This document shows, piece by piece, positions 28,922-37,151 of a DNA stretch of 51,464 nt. The stretch is taken from contig JBBTWN010000016.1 in assembly GCA_038062735.1 (NCBI GenBank), positions 1 to 51,464 on the forward strand, read 5' to 3'. The stretch comes from Patescibacteria group bacterium (lineage in GTDB: Bacteria > Patescibacteriota > Minisyncoccia > Phycocordibacterales > Phycocordibacteraceae). How positions within the stretch are numbered: the stretch's first letter is position 1; each line of letters begins with the position of its first letter. A program made the translations under genes and the position numbers. Below the pieces are notes generated by a model. It searched no databases. It saw nothing but the letters and a program-made list of their open reading frames with translations, and had not been told where the DNA came from.

Positions 28922-29938
28922 ATGGCGAAACTCAGCGTTGGCATTAACGGGTTTGGGCGCATTGGACGGGCATTTTTTAGGCTCGCACAGGCTTCACCCG
29001 ATGTTGAGGTGGTGGCGATTAACGATCTTGGCGTAGTGGAAGGCTTGGCTTATCTTCTTGAACGAGACACGGTATATGGAAAAGCTGATTTTTCTGTTTC
29101 ATCGAAACCTGGGTTTTTGATTGCCGCTGGCAGAGAAATAAATGTTTTTGCGGAGAAGGAACCCGCGTCTATACCGTGGGGAACGGTCGGAGCAAAGGTC
29201 GTTGTTGAATCAACGGGCGTTTTTGACAGCTTTGAAAAAGCAAAAGCACATCTTACGGGTGGTGCGCTTCATGTGGTGATTTCAGCTCCCGCAAAAGATG
29301 CAGATACAAACCAGGAAGGCGCGACAGTCTTGGTCGGTATCAACGAAGAAAAATTAAAGACGTGTTCTGTCACCGCAAACGCATCATGCACCACGAACGC
29401 CGGGTCCCCCCTCATGGCAATACTCGATGAAAAGTTGGGCATTGAACATGCGCTCCTGAGCACCACGCACGCGATGACCGCGAGTCAGTCGTTAGTGGAC
29501 GGGCATTCAAAAGGCAACATGCGCGAATGGCGCGCAGCAGGGCACAACCTTGTACCCACGTCGACGGGGGCAGCGATCGCAGTGACTAAGGCACTGCCAC
29601 AACTTGAAAAAAAATTTGACGGTATCAGTATCCGCGCACCAGTCTTAGCAGGGTCCATCGTTGACGTGACGCTTGTCACAAAAAAACCAACAACCGTAGA
29701 GGAGGTAAATGCAATACTCAGTGCAGCGGCGCTTGATGAGCGCTGGAAGGGCATATTTGCCGTCACAAAAGAACAGTTGGTCTCGAGCGACATTGTGGGC
29801 AGACTCGAAGGCTCTATCGCGGATCTTTCTCTAACGCGTGTTGTCGGCGGGACTCTCGTCAAGGTTATGGCGTGGTACGACAATGAAATGGGCTACGCGA
29901 GCACACTTTTAAAACATGTCATCCAAGCCGGTAAATAA
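28922..29938 (+). CDS. gap: Glyceraldehyde-3-phosphate dehydrogenase, type I
   Basis: GINGFGRIGR, VVESTG, ISAP, NASCTTN, STGAA, VSSDI, WYDNEMGY; ATG 28922 lies 6 nt after TATACT. Confidence 0.96.
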   Translation: MAKLSVGINGFGRIGRAFFRLAQASPDVEVVAINDLGVVEGLAYLLERDTVYGKADFSVSSKPGFLIAAGREINVFAEKEPASIPWGTVGAKVVVESTGVFDSFEKAKAHLTGGALHVVISAPAKDADTNQEGATVLVGINEEKLKTCSVTANASCTTNAGSPLMAILDEKLGIEHALLSTTHAMTASQSLVDGHSKGNMREWRAAGHNLVPTSTGAAIAVTKALPQLEKKFDGISIRAPVLAGSIVDVTLVTKKPTTVEEVNAILSAAALDERWKGIFAVTKEQLVSSDIVGRLEGSIADLSLTRVVGGTLVKVMAWYDNEMGYASTLLKHVIQAGK

Positions 29939-30386
29939 TTTTAGTGGGACCGTCTACATGGCCTCTGACCATGCGGGCTACTCTCTTAAGGAGAGTGTGC
30001 AAGATATGCTCGGCGAAGCAGGATATATGATGCATGACTTAGGGCCGCATGAGTTTAATCCCGACGATGATTATCCCGATTACATTTTTCCTGTTGCTGA
30101 AGCAATACACAAAGACCCCAGAGCACGCGCGATTATTTTTGGTATGAGCGGACAGGGCGAAGCGATGGCCGCAAATCGTATTAAAGGTGTCCGTGCCGCC
30201 GTCTACTATGGCGGACCGACGACGCTTATAAAACTCGCGCGTGAACATAATGATGCAAATGTATTGTCACTCTCAGCAGAAGAACTAACGCCAGACGAAG
30301 CACTTCATGCCGCAAAAATATTTTTGGGTTCATCGTTTTCAGGAGCAGTGCGGCACGAGCGACGCATACAAAAGTTAGATGAATGA
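29916..30386 (+). CDS. rpiB: Ribose-5-phosphate isomerase B (Glu-base variant)
   Basis: ASDHAG, DDYPD, GMSGQGE.MAANR..GVRAA, AREHNDAN, RHERRI. Confidence 0.93.
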   Translation: MSSKPVNNFSGTVYMASDHAGYSLKESVQDMLGEAGYMMHDLGPHEFNPDDDYPDYIFPVAEAIHKDPRARAIIFGMSGQGEAMAANRIKGVRAAVYYGGPTTLIKLAREHNDANVLSLSAEELTPDEALHAAKIFLGSSFSGAVRHERRIQKLDE

Positions 30387-31056
30387 GATTATCCCTGCAG
30401 TTCTAGAAGACTCATATGAAGCGGTGTCTAATGCGCTCGCAGCGCTCTCCGGAGAGCACCTACAACCACTCACCGTTCAAATTGACGTGTGTGATGGCCA
30501 ATTTGTGCGTCATCGCACATGGCCATTGAACCCAGGGGATCGAACTCGTTTTGCACAGATAGTGAAGGGCGAAGAAGGAATGCCGTGCTGGCAAGACTTT
30601 AATTTTCAAGTCGATTTGATGCTACAAGACCCGGAACTCCACATCTCTTCGTGGCTCGCAGCCGGTGCATCCGCTGTAGTTATCCATCTTGAGAGTCGTC
30701 ATGATTGGGCGGCGGTAATGGACGCCGCAGGTCAGGCGGTCGAGCTTGGATTAGCCATCGACCTTGATCCGCCATGGGAGCGAGTGCATGCAGCGCTCGC
30801 GCGAGCAGATTTTATCCAAATTATGGGGATTCAACGTCTCGGTGGTCAAGGTGAAGATCTTGATGAGCGAGTGTACGACGTTGTTAAAAAAATCCGCACT
30901 GAATTTCCTGATGCTACTATTCAAATAGACGGTGGCGTGCGCCTCGATAATGCCAGAACACTCTTTGATGCTGGCGTCGATCGGCTGGTTGTTGGCTCAG
31001 CCATTGTTCACGCAGATTCACCGCGTCAGGCACTCAAAGATTTTCAAAAAATATAA
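30379..31056 (+). CDS. rpe: Ribulose-phosphate 3-epimerase
   Basis: IIPA, IDVCDGQFV, IQIMG...G.QG, IQIDGG, LVVGSAI; between rpiB and tkt. Confidence 0.88.
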   Translation: MNEIIPAVLEDSYEAVSNALAALSGEHLQPLTVQIDVCDGQFVRHRTWPLNPGDRTRFAQIVKGEEGMPCWQDFNFQVDLMLQDPELHISSWLAAGASAVVIHLESRHDWAAVMDAAGQAVELGLAIDLDPPWERVHAALARADFIQIMGIQRLGGQGEDLDERVYDVVKKIRTEFPDATIQIDGGVRLDNARTLFDAGVDRLVVGSAIVHADSPRQALKDFQKI

Positions 31057-31058
31057 CC

Positions 31059-31919
31059 ATGGTATACCTCACTGAAGAAAAAGAACTGATGCTGGCGCAG
31101 AAGGCACGTGCCGTGCGCGAAACGCTGATTCAAATGCTCGTCGCGGCGGGGAGTGGGCACACTGCGGGACCTTTGGGTATGGCTGATATTTTTGTCGCCC
31201 TGTATTTTCATATTTTGAATCACGACGCATCAAAACCAGACTGGCCCGAGCGGGATCGATTAATTCTTTCAAATGGACATATCACACCAATTCGTTATGC
31301 CACTATGGCGCATGCTGGTTATTTTCCAATCGAAGAAACGCTCACGCTCAGAAAGTTTGGCTCGCGACTTCAGGGACATCCCGAACGTGAGCGTCTGCCC
31401 GGTATCGAAACGACAAGCGGTCCTTTAGGCTCTGGGTTGTCGCAAGCGTCTGGTATTGCATACGCTGCGCGCATGGATGGGCTCAAGTTTCGTACCTACT
31501 GCCTGATGTCAGATGGTGAACAGCAGTGCGGGAACACGTGGGAGGCAGCGATGTGGGCGGGGAATAACAAGCTCAGAAATCTCACTGCCATTATAGACAG
31601 AAACAACATACAGATTAATGGCATGACCGAGTCGGTGATGCCGCTTGAGCCCCTGCGTGACAAGTATGAGGCGTTTGGGTGGCACGTTATCGAGATAGAC
31701 GGGCATAACTTTGAAGAAATTGTAGACGCATGCGAGAAAGCAAAAGCAATATTTGAAAAACCAACGCTCATTTTGGCGCACACAATCCCCGGTCGCGGTG
31801 TTCCTGAAATAGAATTTGATTTTCACTGGCATGGTAAACCACCAAAAAAAGAAGAGGCAGAACGATTTTTAAAACAAATCCGTACTGCAGGCGGAAAAGT
31901 TAAAGGCGAATACGCGTAA
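31059..31919 (+). CDS. tktA: Transketolase, N-terminal TPP-binding subunit
   Basis: GSGH, DRLILSNGH, LQGHP, SGPLGSGLS, SDGE..G..WEA, IDRNNIQ, DGHN. Confidence 0.93.
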   Translation: MVYLTEEKELMLAQKARAVRETLIQMLVAAGSGHTAGPLGMADIFVALYFHILNHDASKPDWPERDRLILSNGHITPIRYATMAHAGYFPIEETLTLRKFGSRLQGHPERERLPGIETTSGPLGSGLSQASGIAYAARMDGLKFRTYCLMSDGEQQCGNTWEAAMWAGNNKLRNLTAIIDRNNIQINGMTESVMPLEPLRDKYEAFGWHVIEIDGHNFEEIVDACEKAKAIFEKPTLILAHTIPGRGVPEIEFDFHWHGKPPKKEEAERFLKQIRTAGGKVKGEYA

Positions 31920-31923
31920 TAGT

Positions 31924-32913
31924 ATGTTGAATGAACACGCAAAATTGAATCCAAAGGTGCTCGATGCTGACGTGGAGCTTGCGCTCACGCGTGATGGGTT
32001 TGGAAATGGCGTGGTCGAAGCGGGGGAGAAGGACAAACGCGTTGTTGTACTGTGCGCTGATTTAGCTGATTCAACTCGAGCGGAATGGTTTCAAAAAAAG
32101 TTTCCAGATCGCTATATCGAGATGGGAGTGGCAGAACAAAACATGGCAGCAGTGGCGAGCGGTATGGCGAATTATGGAAAAATCCCTTTCATCGCATCCT
32201 ATGCTGCCTTTTCTCCTGGACGAAACAACGAACAGATACGCACGACGATTAGTCTCAATAACGTACCAGTAAAAATCTGCGGTATGCACGCCGGAGTTTC
32301 GGTCGGACCTGACGGCGCGACGCACCAAGCGCTCGAAGACATTGGTCTTATGCGCATGCAACCGCACATGGTGGTTATCGTGCCCTCGGACAACGAAGAG
32401 GCGAGAAAGGCGACGTTCGCTGCTGCATTTAACAATGGGCCGACGTATCTGCGTTTCGTTCGAGAAAAAACGCCAATCATCACAACCCCTGAGACATCAT
32501 TTGAAATAGGAAGAGCGTACTATCTGTGGCGAGACGAATCTCCGCAGGTCGCACTTATTGGTTGTGGCCCGCTCTTGCACGAGGCGCTCAAAGCCGCGAA
32601 GGCACTCTCAGAAAAAGGAGTGCGCGTGTCAGTGGTGAACTCGCACAGTGTAAAACCCCTCGACACGGTGACCATACTTGAGGCTGCGAGCGAGGCGGGT
32701 CGTGTCGTCGTAGTCGAAGAGCATCAAGTCGCGGGGGGACTGGGGAGCGCGATAGCAGAATTTTTGACACAGGTACACCCCGTGCCAATGGAGTTTGTGG
32801 CCGTTCGCGATCGATTTGGTCAGTCGGGGACCATGCCGGAGCTCTATAAAGAGTACGGACTCGATAGCACCGCAATAGTTGCCGCAGTTGATAAAATCCT
32901 TAAGAGAACGTAA
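31924..32913 (+). CDS. Transketolase, C-terminal subunit
   Basis: ADLA.ST, GVAEQNM, GPDGATHQALED, GPTYLR, VKPLD, EEH...GGLG. Confidence 0.93.
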   Translation: MLNEHAKLNPKVLDADVELALTRDGFGNGVVEAGEKDKRVVVLCADLADSTRAEWFQKKFPDRYIEMGVAEQNMAAVASGMANYGKIPFIASYAAFSPGRNNEQIRTTISLNNVPVKICGMHAGVSVGPDGATHQALEDIGLMRMQPHMVVIVPSDNEEARKATFAAAFNNGPTYLRFVREKTPIITTPETSFEIGRAYYLWRDESPQVALIGCGPLLHEALKAAKALSEKGVRVSVVNSHSVKPLDTVTILEAASEAGRVVVVEEHQVAGGLGSAIAEFLTQVHPVPMEFVAVRDRFGQSGTMPELYKEYGLDSTAIVAAVDKILKRT

Positions 32914-33001
32914 ACGCCTTGCGCTTTCTGCCTGCCTCGGCTCGGCACCCATGACAGGGCTCATGGTTGCGTTAGCTCTACGTTGGCAGTAGTATAGCGC
33001 C

Positions 33002-34117
33002 ATGAGCGCAGAAACGAAGCTGCGGGAGCTCCTCGCAGTGGCGGGGGTCACCGTAAATGGAACTAACCCCTGGGACATACGTGTCCACGACCAGCGTTTT
33101 TACCGTCGGGTACTCGCCGGAGGGTCACTGGCCGCGGGCGAGTCCTATATGGACGGCTGGTGGGATGTTGACGATATGGCCGAGCTCGTTAACCGTCTTT
33201 TTCGTACCGGATTTAACTACACCGCGCTGGTTAACGTACGTACCATCTGGTATTTCATTTCGAGTTGGTTTTTCAATCTACAAAATAAACATCGAGCGTT
33301 TGAAGTGGGGGAGAAACATTATGACGTTGGCAATGATCTGTATACCGCCATGCTCGACTCGCGCATGACGTACACGTGTGGCTATTGGAAGCGAGCATAT
33401 TCACTTGACGAGGCACAAGAAGAAAAGCTCGATCTGATTTGCAAAAAGATTGGACTGAAAAGCGGTGATCGCGTGTTAGACATTGGGGGCGGGTGGGGAA
33501 GCTTCGCTAAATATGCCGCAGAAAAGTATGGTGCATCAATCGTTGCTATCACCGTGTCGAAAGAACAAGCGGCCCTGGGTCGTGAGCGCACCGAAGGGCT
33601 CCCCGTAGAAATTCGCGTGCAGGATTATCGGGATGTATCGGACGGCCCCTATGATCACATCGTTTCTATTGGCATGTTCGAGCACGTTGGATATCGCAAC
33701 TACAGGACATACATGAAAAAAGTGTACGAGCTCTTAAAGGATGACGGCTGCTTTTTACTCCATACGATTGGTTCAAACAAATCGGTGCGCTCGGGCAGTC
33801 CCTGGCTCGACAAATATATTTTTCCAAATGGCATGCTGCCATCCATTACGCAGATCGCTCGCGCCGTAGAGCGGTTATTCGTTGTTGAGGATTGGCACAA
33901 CTTCGGCCCCGACTACGACACGACATTGATGCATTGGTATAAGAATTTTGATAGTGCGCTCTCGACGCTCTACAAAAAATACAATCTCCGCTTCTACCGC
34001 ATGTGGCGTTTTTATCTTCTCACCTGTGCGGGGACATTTCGCGCGCGGTATTGTCAGCTCTGGCAGATTGTCCTTGTTAAGCGCCCCAATGCAGAGAGGT
34101 ACGACGCCGCGCGATAG
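33002..34117 (+). CDS. cfa: Cyclopropane fatty acyl phospholipid synthase
   Basis: GESYMDGWWD, HYDVGNDLY..MLD..MTYTCGYW, LDIGGGWG, VSIGMFEHVG, KYIFPNG, EDWHNFG.DY, RMWRFYL. Confidence 0.95.
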   Translation: MSAETKLRELLAVAGVTVNGTNPWDIRVHDQRFYRRVLAGGSLAAGESYMDGWWDVDDMAELVNRLFRTGFNYTALVNVRTIWYFISSWFFNLQNKHRAFEVGEKHYDVGNDLYTAMLDSRMTYTCGYWKRAYSLDEAQEEKLDLICKKIGLKSGDRVLDIGGGWGSFAKYAAEKYGASIVAITVSKEQAALGRERTEGLPVEIRVQDYRDVSDGPYDHIVSIGMFEHVGYRNYRTYMKKVYELLKDDGCFLLHTIGSNKSVRSGSPWLDKYIFPNGMLPSITQIARAVERLFVVEDWHNFGPDYDTTLMHWYKNFDSALSTLYKKYNLRFYRMWRFYLLTCAGTFRARYCQLWQIVLVKRPNAERYDAAR

Positions 34118-34141
34118 GGTATACTTACACATACACGCCCT

Positions 34142-34777
34142 ATGGACGTCATTGTTAGTCTTTTGCCATCGTCTATGCTCGGCTGGATAGTCGAACTTGC
34201 GATAAGCGTTCCCGTCGCCCTCGTTATTATTTCTTTTGGCGAGTATGTTATGCATGCGTGGTTTATGCATCGCCGATTTTTGCCAGAGTGGGCGTATACG
34301 GTTTTTCCTGGACTTGCACGGACTATTTATGAGCATCGCGGACTTCACCACGATACCTACTTTAAACAGTTTAACCATGAGCCGGATCCAGTTGGAAGGA
34401 ATGTAAATATGTACATCAAGTGGCGGACGACATTGTCGGGTGCAATACTTGTTGGCGCGCTCTTCGCACTTCTAGGTGTATTTATTGGGACCGTGGTGCC
34501 CGCGATAGTATTTTTTGTACTCATGATCGTGCATCGGTATGCGTGGAATACACTGCATCCTGAAATGCATAATCCACGCCGCCCCTGGTGGACACAATAC
34601 ACGGCGTATAAGTATCTTGCACGCTATCACTATCTCCATCACTATCTCCACCACAAGGGTATCCGCATGAACTACAATATTGTAGTACCGTGCGCTGACT
34701 TTGTGCTCGGTCGCCATGCAGGCATCTTGGACGAGCAAAATATCAAAGAGATAAAAGAGTACGGCTATTGGTACTAG
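34142..34777 (+). CDS. Fatty acid hydroxylase/sterol desaturase superfamily membrane di-iron enzyme
   Basis: His boxes EYVMHAWFMH, EHRGLHH, HPEMH, YHYLHH, followed by NYNIV.P.AD.VLG; TM helices. Confidence 0.8.
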   Translation: MDVIVSLLPSSMLGWIVELAISVPVALVIISFGEYVMHAWFMHRRFLPEWAYTVFPGLARTIYEHRGLHHDTYFKQFNHEPDPVGRNVNMYIKWRTTLSGAILVGALFALLGVFIGTVVPAIVFFVLMIVHRYAWNTLHPEMHNPRRPWWTQYTAYKYLARYHYLHHYLHHKGIRMNYNIVVPCADFVLGRHAGILDEQNIKEIKEYGYWY

Positions 34778-34781
34778 ATTC

Positions 34782-34979
34782 ATGCATAACCCTAAAGTAA
34801 ACGCGCCGCTGTTTGGACTCATTATTCTCGCCCTCTTTGCGCTCGCGTACGCGCTTCTCATAGGTAGCGAGGGCGATGTGCTCGAAGACACCTACAAAAT
34901 GACGCCAGAAACCATCAACAACATCCACGACGTCAACGACCAGCTCCGCGACGAGGGCATCGAGCCAAAAGAAATTTAA
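34782..34979 (+). CDS. Small single-TM protein
   Basis: 65 aa, TM helix plus acidic tail, 4 nt after upstream stop. Confidence 0.55.
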   Translation: MHNPKVNAPLFGLIILALFALAYALLIGSEGDVLEDTYKMTPETINNIHDVNDQLRDEGIEPKEI

Positions 34980-35015
34980 GTTTGACTTCGACGTCATTAT
35001 GCGTACTATGGGCGC

Positions 35016-35411
35016 ATGAGCAACAATGGCGCCGAAAGCAATCCTATAAGGAGTCAAGGAGTACCAGACGGAACATGGTTTGGTGGTAGATCAGACCCCG
35101 GGCATGAACATAGCCGTCATAATCGGTATATTGTGGACAGGACGCGGACCTCTGGTTCATACAGTGAATATGTTGAGCAATGTCGTTGCAATGCCGAACG
35201 GCGAAGCACAGTTCTCGGTACAAAATATAAATCTTATCTCGAGAAGCCAGAAGTCAAACCACTTTTACTTGTGTGGAAGGGGGGTAATCCAAGACACAGG
35301 CACGAGGTTCATTCGAAATATGACTACGCCGCTGGTGGAATGTTCGGGACATCAAATAGTTACTTTGTGGAGAAATGTGCGTGTGGCGCTGAACGAACAG
35401 TCGGAATCTAA
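35016..35411 (+). CDS. Orphan protein with duplicated HxH...CxC motif
   Basis: TTGACT-16-TACTAT-6-ATG; internal repeat HEH..VEQCRCNAER / HRH..VEKCACGAER. Confidence 0.7.
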   Translation: MSNNGAESNPIRSQGVPDGTWFGGRSDPGHEHSRHNRYIVDRTRTSGSYSEYVEQCRCNAERRSTVLGTKYKSYLEKPEVKPLLLVWKGGNPRHRHEVHSKYDYAAGGMFGTSNSYFVEKCACGAERTVGI

Positions 35412-35461
35412 AGTGCTACAGGAGATTTGACTCGCTAACTGCGGTCGTGTAAGGTGTCGAC

Positions 35462-35725
35462 ATGGGAAGAAAAAGCGATCACGAGATTAATGGCGATGGA
35501 GAAATTCCGACGAGTCTTTCTCGGGAGCGTATCATTGCAATAGCTTCAGATCATGACCAGCGACGCAGAGCTGCAACGCGGGTTGCGTGGGGCATACGAA
35601 ATCAAATAAGAGGACTAAAAAAACAGCAAGGCGAGCTTCGATCACAATCTGCAGGTCATCGATGGTTAGCAGACAGCGCAGCACTCGCACTTGAAGCAAA
35701 AGACGCTAGTGAGCCAAAGCGCTAA
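35462..35725 (+). CDS. Small orphan protein
   Basis: TTGACT-17-TAAGGT-6-ATG, 87 aa. Confidence 0.6.
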   Translation: MGRKSDHEINGDGEIPTSLSRERIIAIASDHDQRRRAATRVAWGIRNQIRGLKKQQGELRSQSAGHRWLADSAALALEAKDASEPKR

Positions 35726-36686
35726 AGAGGGAGTCGAGTTTTTCTTTTTTCTGTAGCCCACGCTGCGCGCCAATGTCTTGGACGACATAGGCGGCGTTAA
35801 TGAGACCTCGTTGCATCGCGTCTTTCAAGGGCACCCCACCCATCGTCATGTATGCGGCGACCGTGGATGCAAACGCGTCCCCAGCACCGGTGCGCTCTAT
35901 CGGTGGATTCGGGTCTTTGTACATAGGAAGGTGAAAAAAGCTTTCACCTTCAAGCGCGTACGCACCATTTTTGTCGTCAGTGATGATAATAGTCTTTAGC
36001 CCAAGCGCACGAAGTCCTTTTGCAAGCACCTCGACGTCATCCATAGTGTCGGGGAGACCCAAAACGCGCTGTGCCTCTTCTTTGTTCACCACGTACAAAT
36101 CAGCACGAACATACAATCGTTTCAATCTATCAGTGCCGAGTTTGATTTGGAATGTACCCGGCTGAAATGCAAAAAATGTTTTTGGGTGTACCTCGAGGTA
36201 CGTCGCCACGTCGTCATGATACGACTCAGTACCGCCTGCGAGCGAGGATAAGTAAATTGTTTTTGGCTCTGGCAGATCAACGGGGAACTGGTACGGGTAC
36301 GCATGGTGATTAATGAGTATGGTGCGCTCATCGGTATACCAAAGAACATAGTGATAGTTGGTTGGTATGTTGATATGTTGCACAACGTGAGTGGTATCAA
36401 CGTTCTCCGTTTTGAAGTATTCGAGTATTTTGTCGCCATTCAGGTCAGCGCCTGTGTTAGACACAAATCCTGATGAGAGTCCAAGACGCGCCGCACACAC
36501 TGCGGCGTTTGCTGCGTTACCCACACCATAGATAATTGTTGATGATTCAAAAGGCACTTTATCGCCAAAGCGCATACAAATCTCGCAGTCCTCGTTGTTT
36601 ATGCGACAGTTTACATGCGCGTCTTTCAGTTTGATAAAATCATCGACGACGGTATCTCCAACCGCCACAAAATCCATATTTTTCAT
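35706..36686 (-). CDS. PfkB family carbohydrate kinase
   Basis: VGD...D, G.GNAANAAV..ARLG, G.D..G, ERTIL, FQPG, N..EA, ERTGAGDAF; start reassigned to ATG 36686, 6 nt after TATACT. Confidence 0.92.
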   Translation of the reverse strand: MKNMDFVAVGDTVVDDFIKLKDAHVNCRINNEDCEICMRFGDKVPFESSTIIYGVGNAANAAVCAARLGLSSGFVSNTGADLNGDKILEYFKTENVDTTHVVQHINIPTNYHYVLWYTDERTILINHHAYPYQFPVDLPEPKTIYLSSLAGGTESYHDDVATYLEVHPKTFFAFQPGTFQIKLGTDRLKRLYVRADLYVVNKEEAQRVLGLPDTMDDVEVLAKGLRALGLKTIIITDDKNGAYALEGESFFHLPMYKDPNPPIERTGAGDAFASTVAAYMTMGGVPLKDAMQRGLINAAYVVQDIGAQRGLQKKEKLDSLFSALAH

Positions 36687-36705
36687 ACGACCAGTATACC
36701 GTGTG

Positions 36706-37119
36706 CTACCAGACAAAAATGCCAAAGTAATACTGGAGTATAACTACGACGAATGTCGCATGGGTGAGGAGCGTCCCCACGTCAAAACTAGATTTGTTTC
36801 CATCGAGTGCGTGTGACCCCGCGCGGTTTAAGAGCTCGCCAATAAAACTATGATCCCAGGTTTTCTTTGCAGTCCACGAGTAGCCGCGGAGGCGCTGTGT
36901 GAGCAGGGTCAGTAGGCAAAGAAAAAGTACTTTTTTAGTAACAGGCCAGTAGATAAGACCGGTGGCATAGCCGGAGACATACAAAAGAGCGATAAACCAA
37001 AAATGATAGTAAACTACATCAGGCCAAAACGTAGTAGAAACAAAAAAAGTGCCCACCCAAAAAATAAAAATAGGGAGATGCAACCAGAAAGAAATTTCTG
37101 CGATTGCATTCGTCTTCAT
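36706..37119 (-). CDS. DUF2784-like membrane protein
   Basis: LHL..F, YH, CLLT.LTQ.LRG, SFI motifs; TATACT 6 nt before ATG. Confidence 0.65.
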   Translation of the reverse strand: MKTNAIAEISFWLHLPIFIFWVGTFFVSTTFWPDVVYYHFWFIALLYVSGYATGLIYWPVTKKVLFLCLLTLLTQRLRGYSWTAKKTWDHSFIGELLNRAGSHALDGNKSSFDVGTLLTHATFVVVILQYYFGIFVW

Positions 37120-37151
37120 ATCGCTAGTATAGCGTGCGGTATCATAGCACT

